Assembly: GCA_030615165.1 (NCBI GenBank) | Contig: JAUWZW010000003.1 | Location: forward strand, 1 to 37,333 | Direction of reading: 5' to 3' | Length of the DNA: 37,333 nt | Origin: Candidatus Aenigmatarchaeota archaeon | GTDB taxonomy: Archaea; Aenigmatarchaeota; Aenigmatarchaeia; QMZP01 | Shown: positions 17,393-26,707 of the stretch, in pieces | Layout: each line of letters begins with the position of its first letter | Position numbering within the stretch: the stretch's first letter is position 1 | Translations under genes and position numbers: made by a program | The notes under the pieces: generated by a model | What the model was told of the DNA's origin: nothing | Seen by the model: the letters and a program-made list of their open reading frames with translations, nothing else | Database searches by the model: none

Positions 17393-18529
17393 ATGAGGCA
17401 GCTGAAAGGTGTTGAGGATTTCATATATGTGCTTGCAGTAGCGCTGATTCTGATACTTGTTTTTGCAGCCATATCCGCACTATGGCCTGTAGGGCCGGGC
17501 GGAGGTGTTGTCGGTAATGTTTCCATTGCAGAGTTCTCACTGGGAGGTGTTGGTTATTCAGGGGATTATGAAGCAAGCTCTATTACACTGGGCTCTTTCA
17601 GTGTCGGGGAGACCCAGACAGAGAATCTCAGGACCGCTCCGCAGCTAAGCCTTTCATCAAGCCTGCTCGGTTCGAAAAAAGAGACCTTCAGCATAAATGT
17701 GCTCAGCGCGTACCAGGATTCCCTGAGGGATGTTCTGATAAGCTTTGATGTTTTTGAGACAAACCAGTATGGGGATTTGGTTGTGAAATGGAACGGGAAT
17801 GAGTTCTACAGGGGCAGGGCGAGCCCGAGGGATTACAGCATTGTTATTGACAAGAGCAGCGTGAAGAGCATGAACACGCTGGAGATTTACTGCGACGGGC
17901 CGGGGCTAATATTCTGGGCATCCACTGTATATACGCTCAGGAACTTCAATGTTGACCTGGAATACGGGCCATCAAAGATATTTGCGTTCACCCTCTCCCA
18001 GGGAGAGATAGAGGCATGGGACAGGGGAGAGGTGAGTTTTTACGGCTTTGGAACAGGGGACAAACTGACCCTTGAGGTTAATGATGTTGAGATATATGAG
18101 CAGGCCCCTTCCGGTTCCACAACCATTACGTTCAACTACACGTCTGCCCCGCTCAGGGTCGGGCAGAACCTTCTAACCATTAAAACAGATACAGGTGTCT
18201 TTACCCTGCAGAATGCGGTGTTCAAGATATTCCTTCTCACAAACCTTGTTGCAAAGCAGAGGACATTCGAGCTGGATTCTGACCAGTATGCCAGGCTGGC
18301 AGAGCAGGGTTATGCAGGTGTAATAGAGTTCAAGGTGGATTCCATTGAAAGGTCTGGTGTTCTGGATGTGGAATTGAACAGGAATGACCTGGCAGTGCCC
18401 CTTCCGCGGACAGGATGGAACAACATCACGTTCACTGATGCAGAGGCGAGTATAGGGACCAACACACTCGAATTCTCAGGAAACGGCTACTGGGACATAA
18501 GCGAAGTAAAGGTCAGGCTGGAGAAATAG
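17393..18529 (+). CDS. N-terminally anchored extracellular protein, beta-rich, unknown function
   Basis: 378 aa with one N-terminal TM helix (FIYVLAVALILILVFAAISAL), then a Gly/Thr/Ser-rich beta-like sequence. Confidence 0.55.
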   Translation: MRQLKGVEDFIYVLAVALILILVFAAISALWPVGPGGGVVGNVSIAEFSLGGVGYSGDYEASSITLGSFSVGETQTENLRTAPQLSLSSSLLGSKKETFSINVLSAYQDSLRDVLISFDVFETNQYGDLVVKWNGNEFYRGRASPRDYSIVIDKSSVKSMNTLEIYCDGPGLIFWASTVYTLRNFNVDLEYGPSKIFAFTLSQGEIEAWDRGEVSFYGFGTGDKLTLEVNDVEIYEQAPSGSTTITFNYTSAPLRVGQNLLTIKTDTGVFTLQNAVFKIFLLTNLVAKQRTFELDSDQYARLAEQGYAGVIEFKVDSIERSGVLDVELNRNDLAVPLPRTGWNNITFTDAEASIGTNTLEFSGNGYWDISEVKVRLEK

Positions 18530-18569
18530 GCCCGCTTCTCCTTACACTTGGGATAAAAACGAAACTGGG

Positions 18570-18992
18570 TCAGGAGTTTAGAAGCCTGAGCATTTCCCCT
18601 GGCTTAACAATCTTGATGCCCCTGAATTCTCTAAGATTCAGTATGTGTTTATCATAAGAAACGATATATTCGGCGTTACTGTCAAGTGCAGCATCAAGCA
18701 TGATATTGTCTGCCGGATGCTCTTTTATTACATTAATAACCGATTTTGTATGGATAAGCGTGCTGATTTTCAGAATTGTCCTTATCAAATCCTCTATATT
18801 TTGTTTCCTTTCATCAAGAAAACGCTGGAATTTGGACTCCTTGCTCAACACCGCCGCAATTTCAAGCAGGATATCCCTGGTTATGGTTATTTCAATTCTG
18901 TCCTTTTCCGCTAACTCAATGATTCTGCTGGCTTCCCCTTCCCAGAATATTGCAGAAAGCCAGACATTGCTATCCAGGACCGCTCTTATCAT
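18570..18992 (-). CDS. vapC: PIN-domain ribonuclease toxin (VapC-like)
   Basis: It starts MIRAVLDSNVWLSAIFWEGEAS. The acidic PIN residues are conserved (D at 7, E at 44, D at 100/118). It overlaps the upstream antitoxin by 4 nt. Confidence 0.8.
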   Translation of the reverse strand: MIRAVLDSNVWLSAIFWEGEASRIIELAEKDRIEITITRDILLEIAAVLSKESKFQRFLDERKQNIEDLIRTILKISTLIHTKSVINVIKEHPADNIMLDAALDSNAEYIVSYDKHILNLREFRGIKIVKPGEMLRLLNS

Positions 18993-19261
18993 TTACCAGA
19001 CCTTCTAACCTCTTCTATAAGCACGTCCAACTCTTCCTTTTTGAAACCGGACATTTTTGCTGCCTTTCTAAAGGGCTTCACAGCCTCTCTCCAGGGTTTT
19101 ATCCTTGGCATTTCGATCTTCTTCAGCAGAATCATGTCGTCCTGTGATGTTACTGCAAACGGCGTTCCCTCCTTTAGATGGAGATCCTGCCTTATGTCCT
19201 GGGGTATTACAATCTGGCCCTTTGAGGACAGTTTTGTGAATTCTACCGTCATATTTATCAC
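18989..19261 (-). CDS. vapB: AbrB/SpoVT (MazE-like) swapped-hairpin antitoxin (VapB-like)
   Basis: MINMTVEFTKLSSKGQIVIPQDIRQDLHLKEGTPFAV is a classic SpoVT/AbrB N-terminus. 90 aa. Confidence 0.75.
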   Translation of the reverse strand: MINMTVEFTKLSSKGQIVIPQDIRQDLHLKEGTPFAVTSQDDMILLKKIEMPRIKPWREAVKPFRKAAKMSGFKKEELDVLIEEVRRSGK

Positions 19262-19311
19262 CTGTAAGAATGTAAGATTTGCAGATATTTAAAGCTTTGC
19301 TTTACCTTGAA

Positions 19312-19365
19312 ACGGCACCGGCTACTGGGAAATCAGCGAGGTCAGGGTCAGGCTGGAGAAGTAAG
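19312..19365 (+). pseudogene. remnant 3' gene fragment encoding NGTGYWEISEVRVRLEK*, a diverged copy of the C-terminus of 17393..18529 (NGYWDISEVKVRLEK*)
   Basis: It shows about 85% nucleotide identity over about 50 nt to 18481-18531. An in-frame TGA lies immediately upstream, so only the tail survives. The VapBC module lies between the two copies. Confidence 0.5.
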
Positions 19366-19453
19366 CAGGGTTTTGATAGTCAGTAATACTTAAAAAGCTT
19401 TCCATCAATTATTTATGAGTATAATTCCCACATTTCCCATTCAGGTGAGTTTA

Positions 19454-20377
19454 ATGGAAGTCAGAATACAAAAACCATCGGTTGCATTCACAATAAAGGA
19501 ATTCGAACGTGGTGTTAAACTAAGGTTCGGAAAAAGCAAAGGCATTATTGGACCAGGTCTACATCTTGCAATACCTAGAATCGATGAAGTAAGAATAGTT
19601 GACATAAGGCCGCGGCAGTATGAGGCTTCTTTTGATGTTTTGAGCCAAGACAATTATCCGCTGGCCACGACGGTTGATATAAGGTATAAAATATCAAATG
19701 CTGAGGATGCCGTCGTAAAGGCACCTGAGAATTTTGAAGGTCAGATAGATTTTCTCTTAAAGTCTGAGAGTGGCAAAGAAGCATGTAAGAATATGACAAT
19801 GGACAGTATTCTTAAAAACAGGGATGAACTTGGCAGAAATGTACAAGCTTTTCTGGACGAACATGTAGGTGAATGGGGAATTGATATAGAAACAGTCCAA
19901 GTTAAAGAAGTGGTCCCGCCTTCTGAAGTCCCTGAATTACAAACAGAACTGTACGATGCAAGCATGAAAAGGATAATTGAGCCTGTACGGGCTGGCACTG
20001 AAGCTGAGGTTTATAGAACAAAGGCAGGCGCAAAGCTTGAAATGATGAAACAATATCTCGGGATAATAACTGATGTTGCCGGAGAGCTTGCGAAACAGTA
20101 CGGAGCAAAGGAAGCCAGAGATATCATGTATATTCTTTTCGGCAAGACCTTGGGTTATGAACATCCTGTTACACAGAAAATAAGAACCAAAATGGGAGCA
20201 GAGGGGATGGGCGAAGGGGCAGCAAGTGCTGCAGAAAGCATTGGTGCAGATCCCAAGTATACCTATCTTATGACAACTTTGCAGAACATGAAAGGTATTG
20301 GTATTTTTGATATAAGGTCTTTTGATGACCTTGCTGATTTGGACAAACAATTAAATCAAAAATTATACCCAAAATAA
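19454..20377 (+). CDS. SPFH/band-7 (stomatin/prohibitin-like) domain protein, no TM anchor apparent
   Basis: FERGVKLRFGKSKGIIGPGLHLAIPRIDEVRIVDIRPRQYEASFDVLSQDN...TVDIRYKISNAEDAV fits the SPFH core. The likely start is MEVRIQ, with AGGTGA 6 nt upstream. The track ORF starts at 19415. Confidence 0.7.
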   Translation: MEVRIQKPSVAFTIKEFERGVKLRFGKSKGIIGPGLHLAIPRIDEVRIVDIRPRQYEASFDVLSQDNYPLATTVDIRYKISNAEDAVVKAPENFEGQIDFLLKSESGKEACKNMTMDSILKNRDELGRNVQAFLDEHVGEWGIDIETVQVKEVVPPSEVPELQTELYDASMKRIIEPVRAGTEAEVYRTKAGAKLEMMKQYLGIITDVAGELAKQYGAKEARDIMYILFGKTLGYEHPVTQKIRTKMGAEGMGEGAASAAESIGADPKYTYLMTTLQNMKGIGIFDIRSFDDLADLDKQLNQKLYPK

Positions 20378-20386
20378 GATGATACT

Positions 20387-21157
20387 ATGAACCCAATAGA
20401 CCCTAATGAAATTCTAGGCAGCATGGATTTTTCTGATTTGGATAATTTAGATGAAGTTTCAGATGGCGGAGTCATAATGATGCCTGAAGGTGTAAAAGTG
20501 GCTGAGCCGATTGTGACAAGAGAGGCTGTATTGAAAAAAGTAAAAAGCCAGACAGTTTTGAGAACTAATCATCTTCTTGGTATGCGTTCATGGAGCTATA
20601 ATGAAAGGGGTGGCTATTTAGCGACTCACTTCATAAAGGAAAACGAGAAAAGTTACTGTCTTCCAGTTCCTTCTGGATACGAATATCTTGAACCCATCCT
20701 AGATTATCACCCCTATTCTGTTCGCCATTTTCGAGGGATGGTGCTTATAAGGGATTTACATAATGGTGATCCTGGAAGTGCAAACATTGATAGTAATCCA
20801 GAGCTGAATGGGTTTTCCGAAATGCTTAGTAGAAGAGGGCAATTCGGCGATTTCCTAAAGGGGCGTGGTGATTATGATCAAGGGCATAATCAACATCCAG
20901 TGGCGTGTGCAATCGATATTCTAGACCAACTTGGAAACTATACGAATAGGATTATAAAAAAAGGTAAAACAATTATACGAAAACCAATGGAAAATCTAAG
21001 TCATGACATATGGTACTTCCCTTTATGGGAAGTTCCTATAAAAATATTACCACCTAAAGAAAAAAAATATAACTGGGGAGTAGGTAAACCAGGCCTTGGT
21101 GCTTTCTATTTTGATGGTGTTTTTGGAGTAATGTTTAAGGCACTAAAGAGATATTAA
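20387..21157 (+). CDS. hypothetical protein, paralog A of an unrecognised family
   Basis: 256 aa. Shared with paralog B: an acidic N-terminus LD.LDEV.DGGVIMMPEGVKVA, then EPILDYHPYSV, NPELNGFS, IIRKP, DIWYFPLWEVP, FYFDGVFG. It is 9 nt downstream of the SPFH gene. Confidence 0.6.
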   Translation: MNPIDPNEILGSMDFSDLDNLDEVSDGGVIMMPEGVKVAEPIVTREAVLKKVKSQTVLRTNHLLGMRSWSYNERGGYLATHFIKENEKSYCLPVPSGYEYLEPILDYHPYSVRHFRGMVLIRDLHNGDPGSANIDSNPELNGFSEMLSRRGQFGDFLKGRGDYDQGHNQHPVACAIDILDQLGNYTNRIIKKGKTIIRKPMENLSHDIWYFPLWEVPIKILPPKEKKYNWGVGKPGLGAFYFDGVFGVMFKALKRY

Positions 21158-21178
21158 ATCTTTGTAAGTGGTGACTAT

Positions 21179-22243
21179 ATGAGACATGATGATATTTTAG
21201 GCGGATTGAACATGGAAAGTTTGGATGATTTAGGTGAAGGTGAATACATAGTGATGCCTGAGGGGGTTAAGGTAGCTCCTTATAAGGTCACCGCGGAAGA
21301 AGCAAGGGCTCTTGCACAAAAAGCTGCTGAATCATACAAAGATTCTGATGTATATTTTCATGTTGATCCGGCTGGTAGTGGTTGGGGAGAAGACTTTTTT
21401 GAAGATGGCCCAAGAATGTCCAAAAGATATGAAAATTTGATAAAGACACTCAAGGATAAGATGCCCGCCTTTTTGGAGATTATTGAATCCAAATACAGAA
21501 ACGAGGGACCGTATACTTTCACTGCTGGTTATCTTGGGATAAAACATGTTGATTTCGAGGCTGGTGAGCCAATTCTCGATTATCGCCCGTTATCTGTTTT
21601 TTTAGAGTCGAATCTTCTTCATGTGGAAGATTTGTATACAGGATATCGATATTATTGCAGGGCGACACTGCATCCTGAATTAAATGGTTACTCTAGCATA
21701 CAACCATCAGTTTCTGGGGATGATGAAAATTCTATTCCTTTTTCTATAAGTATGATAATGAATCATGGAAAACCGCTAAGAAAGATAGAAAAATCAGAAA
21801 AAGTTATAATAAGAGAACCCAGAAGAAAGCCTACACGGGGACCAAAAGGTGAAATTTGGTACTTCCCTCTATGGGAAGTGCCAATGGTATCGCACAGAGA
21901 ATTTTTGACTGAGCGGGGGACATACTTCTATCTAAAACGTGGTATTCTTTCCAATAAGTGCACATCGCACGAACACAAGTGGAGAATCCACGTACCTTTC
22001 ATTACCCGAGGTGCGGTATTTTTTGATGGGTTTTCAGGAAAGAAAATATCAAGTGTGTTAGCAGATTCCTTTTTCAATGCTGAAAATCCTCAAGATAATC
22101 AATTTAAATGCTATGCGATTTTGCTTTCGGATAAGAAAGATTTAATAAAAGTAGGATATGCGTATTTGGATTCCTGGCTTAGAAAATGTAGTTTAACAGA
22201 GAAAGAAATAATGAGTATACCAGAACGTATTGAATTTGGTTAA
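21179..22243 (+). CDS. hypothetical protein, paralog B of the same family (longer, C-terminal extension)
   Basis: 354 aa with LDDLGEGEYIVMPEGVKVA, EPILDYRPLSV, HPELNGYS, IIREP, EIWYFPLWEVP, VFFDGFSG. Confidence 0.6.
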   Translation: MRHDDILGGLNMESLDDLGEGEYIVMPEGVKVAPYKVTAEEARALAQKAAESYKDSDVYFHVDPAGSGWGEDFFEDGPRMSKRYENLIKTLKDKMPAFLEIIESKYRNEGPYTFTAGYLGIKHVDFEAGEPILDYRPLSVFLESNLLHVEDLYTGYRYYCRATLHPELNGYSSIQPSVSGDDENSIPFSISMIMNHGKPLRKIEKSEKVIIREPRRKPTRGPKGEIWYFPLWEVPMVSHREFLTERGTYFYLKRGILSNKCTSHEHKWRIHVPFITRGAVFFDGFSGKKISSVLADSFFNAENPQDNQFKCYAILLSDKKDLIKVGYAYLDSWLRKCSLTEKEIMSIPERIEFG

Positions 22244-23177
22244 TCTAATATTAAGTTCACATCGCTGGGGTTCTGATATTTATTCTGCCCAAGCTAATTA
22301 TTTAACAGGTGCTTTAGTGGCAAAAGACAGAATCCTTGAGAACAAGAACTGCCCCAGATGCTGGAACGGCATTCTTTATTCTACGAATATTGTGAGCAAA
22401 AGGAAGCTTGTCTACTACCAGTGTGCATACTGCGGCAGGATGATAACAAGGGGTGTGTTCAGGAAATTGATGGAGAGGATGGAGAAGATAGGAGCAATCG
22501 TGACATCTCATGAAAAGGCTAAGCTGCACAGGAAAAGGATTAGAAAAGCAAGAAAGGAGAAAAAGCCAGGATTCATCGTTGGTGTTGTAAGGGATGTGAA
22601 AAACAAAAAATCCCTTGGAGGGGTTTATGTTTACGTAAGGGGAATAGGCATTGAGGCATTCACCAATTCCTACGGGCAGTATGCATTAAAACCCATTCCC
22701 CCTTCAGAGAATATCACAGTGGAAACATCCAAGCCCGGATACAGGAGGAAGGGAAGGATTCTGAAGAGGGGGATAAAGAGGGGCGAGGTCAGGGAAATAT
22801 ATTTCGGCATAAGGACGTTAAGGGTCAGCAAGACACCCCCTCCGGAGTTCCCCGAACTCAGACCCATATGGGCAAGCCCTGAGGCAAAGAAGGCGCCCCG
22901 CCCGTCAGGCATCCATGGCTTTATCAGGGACAGCAAAGGCAATCCGCTGCAGGGTGCTATAATAACCATCTTTGCCGGGAGAAAGGAATACATAGTCCAG
23001 ACCGATGCAACTGGTCATTACGAGCTGCTCAATGCCCTGCCACCGGGATATTACCATCTCAAGGCAACAGCAGACGGGTTCACATATGACAGGAAAACAG
23101 TCAGGGTGGATTTCATGTTCCTCTCTGCACAGGACTTCAAACTGTTCGTCATGCCGAGGAGAAGCGCGGGCGGCTGA
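22230..23177 (+). CDS. C4 zinc-ribbon protein with two carboxypeptidase-regulatory-like (Cna-B-type) beta-sandwich domains
   Basis: The zinc ribbon is CPRCWNGILYS...YYQCAYCG. The beta domains are GVVRDVKNKKSLGGVYVYVRGIGIEAFTNSYGQYAL and GFIRDSKGNPLQGAIITIFAG...TDATGHYELLNALPPGYYHLKATADGFTYDRKTV. The start is uncertain, because the track ORF overlaps the upstream gene by 14 nt. Confidence 0.55.
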   Translation: MNLVNLILSSHRWGSDIYSAQANYLTGALVAKDRILENKNCPRCWNGILYSTNIVSKRKLVYYQCAYCGRMITRGVFRKLMERMEKIGAIVTSHEKAKLHRKRIRKARKEKKPGFIVGVVRDVKNKKSLGGVYVYVRGIGIEAFTNSYGQYALKPIPPSENITVETSKPGYRRKGRILKRGIKRGEVREIYFGIRTLRVSKTPPPEFPELRPIWASPEAKKAPRPSGIHGFIRDSKGNPLQGAIITIFAGRKEYIVQTDATGHYELLNALPPGYYHLKATADGFTYDRKTVRVDFMFLSAQDFKLFVMPRRSAGG

Positions 23178-23218
23178 TTTTTAAAGAATTTATACATATC
23201 TGGATAATTAATTATTAG

Positions 23219-26200
23219 GTGAAGGATTTGGTCAAGTGTAAGGATGTCGGGGGTCCAGATTGGTGCGATGAGGATGCGGAATATGTAAGGACATATAGGG
23301 AGAGGGGAGGTACTTACGTTGAGCTGAGATGTCCATCCGGTCATTTAAGTGTAATTCCTGTTTCTGAATACAGAGACAAAGTCAGGGCAGAAGAAGCAGC
23401 AAGAAGGATAACCAATGCGGATATTGCGCACTTAAGAATAGAGATAGAATCCATGGTTTTCCAGAGGTTGCCTGAGCGGCAGATGATAAATGAGGTTGTT
23501 CTTTACCTTGAGTCAACAGGAAGGTATGCAGCTTTGAAGAGGGAGGAACTTGAAAAAACAGCACGCAAGCTGTTGGATTTGGTTAGAAAGAAAATAGAAA
23601 AAGAAAGGCTGGGAGCTGTAAGTAAATACATATGTCCTGATTGCAAGAAGGTTTACCTGAATGAAAAGCCCGGGGCGGATGGCAACCTTCTTTATTACTT
23701 CTGCACAGAGTGCAAGAAAAAATTCTCTCCACGTGATATAAAGAGAAGAAAGGTTTATGGGAAGCCTGGTTGGTTGAAGAGGAGAAAGGCATACAGAGAG
23801 AAGAAAAAGGAGTTGAAAGGCACTGCAATCAAAAAGGAGTTGGAGGAGCTTGAAACCTTGGAAGAGAGAAGGCGAGCAGGTTTATTAACTGCTGATGAGC
23901 ATGAAAGGTTGTTAGAATTAAGGGGGACTGCAGCAGAAAAAAGGGAGGAATTCAAGGGTACACTCTTTGGTGCCAAGAAAGAATATAAAACTGGTGTGAG
24001 TGAGCTAAAGGAAAAGGCCAAAGCAGAGAAATGGACCAGGGTAAAATACAAGGAAGAAAAGAGAAAGCTCAAGGAGAAGTACATTAGAAGCAAAAGGGAA
24101 TATAAAGAGAAAGTGGGGAAAGAGAAAGAGAAGAGAAAGGCGCACATAGGAAAGAGGGTAACCGGTTTTATTGAAGATAAATGGGGCAAGGACGTGATGA
24201 AGGCATTTATCGTGATTCTCTTTGCTGCCCTGGGCTTTGCTATCTCAGGTGCTTTTGGAAGCATTTTATTCCTGTTCGGGTTCCTTTCATTGGCTCTTTA
24301 CTACATTTTCCCGAGCCCTGATGAAGAAACCCCGCCCCGGGAGCTGGCGAGACAACTCAAGGAAAACCCCCTGACATGGAGGATGGTGGGGTCAAGGGCC
24401 TTCCTGAGGAATCCCCACACGGTCTGGGGGTTCTTGAAAACAATCTTTAAACTGTCAACATTCATACTGTTCATTTTCGGTGTCTGGTACAGCCCGATGG
24501 TTCCGTTCAAGAATATAGTTTTGATAATACTGTGCTTTGGGGCATACTTCTCGCTCAAGATGACCTATAACACTCATATGCCGCACCAGTTCATAGAATC
24601 CGTGATAAGGTTTGGTCTGCTTGGGGCGTTCTTCATACCGTGGGTTATATTCTACGGGATTTTCCAGTCAGGTCTTCTTGCCCTGCTTGCAATGGCATTC
24701 TTCATGATTCCGCCCATAGCAGAGGACAAGCAGAATACTGAAACCTTTGCAATGTATGAAATGTTTGATAAATTCATATTTTTTGGTTTCATGCTCGTTG
24801 CGCTCATTGCATCCGGGGTTCTGCCTCTTCCATGGTTTGGTGAAGTTGGATGGAAACTTACAGGAACCCTCCAGTGGACATTCCTCTACTTCTGGGTTGT
24901 TTCCTTTGTTGCAGGATTCTTCTCTCCTGCACAGACAAGACCTGCAATGGGTTTCATAATGCTAGGCGCTGCTACCATAATCTACGGCATAGGGCCTGGG
25001 GCGCAGGAGTTCGGGACAGCTTTGCTTGGTCCCTGGTATCCTGTTATACAGAATCTTTTCAGCTCAATTGCAAAGCCGTTTGCTGAAGTATTCGGCCAGT
25101 TTGCAAACACATTCGGCAGTGCCCTGATGCTGCTTGTAAATCCTGTTGGGTATGCGCAGTCTATAATGAACGGAACGTATGCAAGGGATACCACTACAGG
25201 TTTGCAGGGCGCGTACGGCATTGAGATAGAGAGGTTTGAGGTAATGCCCATATACACAGAGAGCCCTTATGTTGTAAGTGTCATGGTTAAGAACAAGGGG
25301 GCGTTTGAGGCAAGGAATGTAATAGTTGCACTTGTCCCGAGCGTTAATGTACCCAGGGAGGAAAAGAGCTGGGTTTGGGGTGTCAAGGAGGCTGTGCTTA
25401 TTATACCGAAAGCTGCTGTGGCAGTTGGAGGTTGGAATCCTCTTAGTATTGAAGTGCACATGCCGTTTCTGAGGCCTAACATAACCATGACAAAGGAAGG
25501 GCTGGGATTTGTTGAAGAGCCTGATACGGACAGGGGCATAACACAGAAATGCATAGATGACAGGCGGTGTGTATTTGCCATAGGCAACATGACAAAGCTG
25601 CAGACAAGCCAGGCAAACTTCTACTCTGATGGTATAATGTGCCCTGCAGTGGTTAATTATGGCTTGATGACAAAGGAAAAGGCGAAAGTGCTCCCGTTCA
25701 TAGGCATGATACAGTATGACTACAACATAAGCTCGAACCTTGAGGTTGAGGCAATGAGCAAGGAGGAATGGGAAAGGCAGGTGGAGGAAATGGAGCTGCA
25801 GCCAAAGTTCAAGAAGCTTACAACCTTCACAAATGCGCCTGTCATGCTCAATCTGGACACACTGGAGCAGCCCATACTGGAGGGCTCACCATTCCATATA
25901 GCCCTGAACATTGTGTCTGCGCACAAGAAGGGGAGGGTAGTGGGCAATGCTACTGTAAGGTTGGAGATACCAACCAACTTCACGAAGGGGAAGGGAGAAG
26001 AAAACCTGCCTCCCTGCGTGCCGGATAAGATCAAACCCAAAATTATAAAGCAAGATGATACAACAACACTTCTCGAATGGAAAGGTCTCACCGAGCCTTA
26101 TGCCATATTCTGCAGCTTCCCTCCTGTGAAGGTTCCTGAAGGTCCTACAATAACATACATGGTAAGGGCTGATGCTAGTTACACATTCAGCAAGTGGGAC

Positions 26201-26617
26201 ACACTTGATACAAGGATGCAGTTCGGGGGGACAGCATGCTGCAAGAAATCCGAGGACTGTCCGATTCCCGGTCAGATATGCGACACATCAATAAATAAAT
26301 GCGGGGCTGGGGAAATTGATATTAGCGAAAGATTGTCTGAGCTTGAGGCGCGTATGAATGAACTCCAGAATGAAGTGGACCAGATAACAGAGGAGTTTGC
26401 TGATAAGCTTATAGTGGACATAAATGCATATGACCAGCTTCTGGATGAGATGGGCATCCTTAAACAGCAATACTCAGGTGATGCTGAGGTCATATCGGCT
26501 ATAGAGAATGTTGAAACCAGTGTTAATAATGCAATAAAAGTGGCATGTGAAAAATGCAGGAGATGGGGTGTGGATTGTCCATCAGACATCTGCAGTTCTG
26601 TGGGTGTTGATTTATAA
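23219..26617 (+). CDS. giant (1132 aa) polytopic membrane protein: N-terminal zinc ribbons + K/E-rich coiled coil + ~8 TM + large beta-rich domain + Cys-rich segment + C-terminal coiled coil
   Basis: The N-terminus has CKDVGG..WCDED...RCPSGH and YICPDCKK...YYFCTECKK zinc ribbons. A highly charged KEKxK block (aa ~190-300) follows. The hydrophobic core spans aa ~330-620. The long C-terminal soluble region has CARDB-like strands (YVVSVMVKNKGAFEARNVIVALVPSV). The coiled coil is EIDISERLSELEARMNELQNEVDQITEEF. Confidence 0.75.
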   Translation: MKDLVKCKDVGGPDWCDEDAEYVRTYRERGGTYVELRCPSGHLSVIPVSEYRDKVRAEEAARRITNADIAHLRIEIESMVFQRLPERQMINEVVLYLESTGRYAALKREELEKTARKLLDLVRKKIEKERLGAVSKYICPDCKKVYLNEKPGADGNLLYYFCTECKKKFSPRDIKRRKVYGKPGWLKRRKAYREKKKELKGTAIKKELEELETLEERRRAGLLTADEHERLLELRGTAAEKREEFKGTLFGAKKEYKTGVSELKEKAKAEKWTRVKYKEEKRKLKEKYIRSKREYKEKVGKEKEKRKAHIGKRVTGFIEDKWGKDVMKAFIVILFAALGFAISGAFGSILFLFGFLSLALYYIFPSPDEETPPRELARQLKENPLTWRMVGSRAFLRNPHTVWGFLKTIFKLSTFILFIFGVWYSPMVPFKNIVLIILCFGAYFSLKMTYNTHMPHQFIESVIRFGLLGAFFIPWVIFYGIFQSGLLALLAMAFFMIPPIAEDKQNTETFAMYEMFDKFIFFGFMLVALIASGVLPLPWFGEVGWKLTGTLQWTFLYFWVVSFVAGFFSPAQTRPAMGFIMLGAATIIYGIGPGAQEFGTALLGPWYPVIQNLFSSIAKPFAEVFGQFANTFGSALMLLVNPVGYAQSIMNGTYARDTTTGLQGAYGIEIERFEVMPIYTESPYVVSVMVKNKGAFEARNVIVALVPSVNVPREEKSWVWGVKEAVLIIPKAAVAVGGWNPLSIEVHMPFLRPNITMTKEGLGFVEEPDTDRGITQKCIDDRRCVFAIGNMTKLQTSQANFYSDGIMCPAVVNYGLMTKEKAKVLPFIGMIQYDYNISSNLEVEAMSKEEWERQVEEMELQPKFKKLTTFTNAPVMLNLDTLEQPILEGSPFHIALNIVSAHKKGRVVGNATVRLEIPTNFTKGKGEENLPPCVPDKIKPKIIKQDDTTTLLEWKGLTEPYAIFCSFPPVKVPEGPTITYMVRADASYTFSKWDTLDTRMQFGGTACCKKSEDCPIPGQICDTSINKCGAGEIDISERLSELEARMNELQNEVDQITEEFADKLIVDINAYDQLLDEMGILKQQYSGDAEVISAIENVETSVNNAIKVACEKCRRWGVDCPSDICSSVGVDL

Positions 26618-26654
26618 TTTTATTTTAAATCCCGTTAAGTTGACAAATAAAAGC

Positions 26655-26685
26655 GGGGGCTGGTTTTTTGGAACCATACCCCCAC
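26655..26685. terminator. conserved GC hairpin (GGGGGCTGGTT tttt GGAACCATACCCCC) between convergent genes
   Basis: It follows the stop of 23219..26617 (+) and the stop of 26708..27253 (-). It is preceded by GTTAAGTTGACAAATAAAAG. The core CTGGTT..GGAACCATA..CCCC is shared with the copies at 29150 and 30953. Confidence 0.6.
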
Positions 26686-26707
26686 CCTTTGGTGTCTCAA
26701 TTCTCAA

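Noticed and set aside
23382-26589. Multiple minus-strand ORFs (60-169 aa) inside the 1132-aa giant gene
   Set aside because: They are antisense shadows of a K/E-rich and hydrophobic coding region (poly-Phe/Ser/Leu frames).
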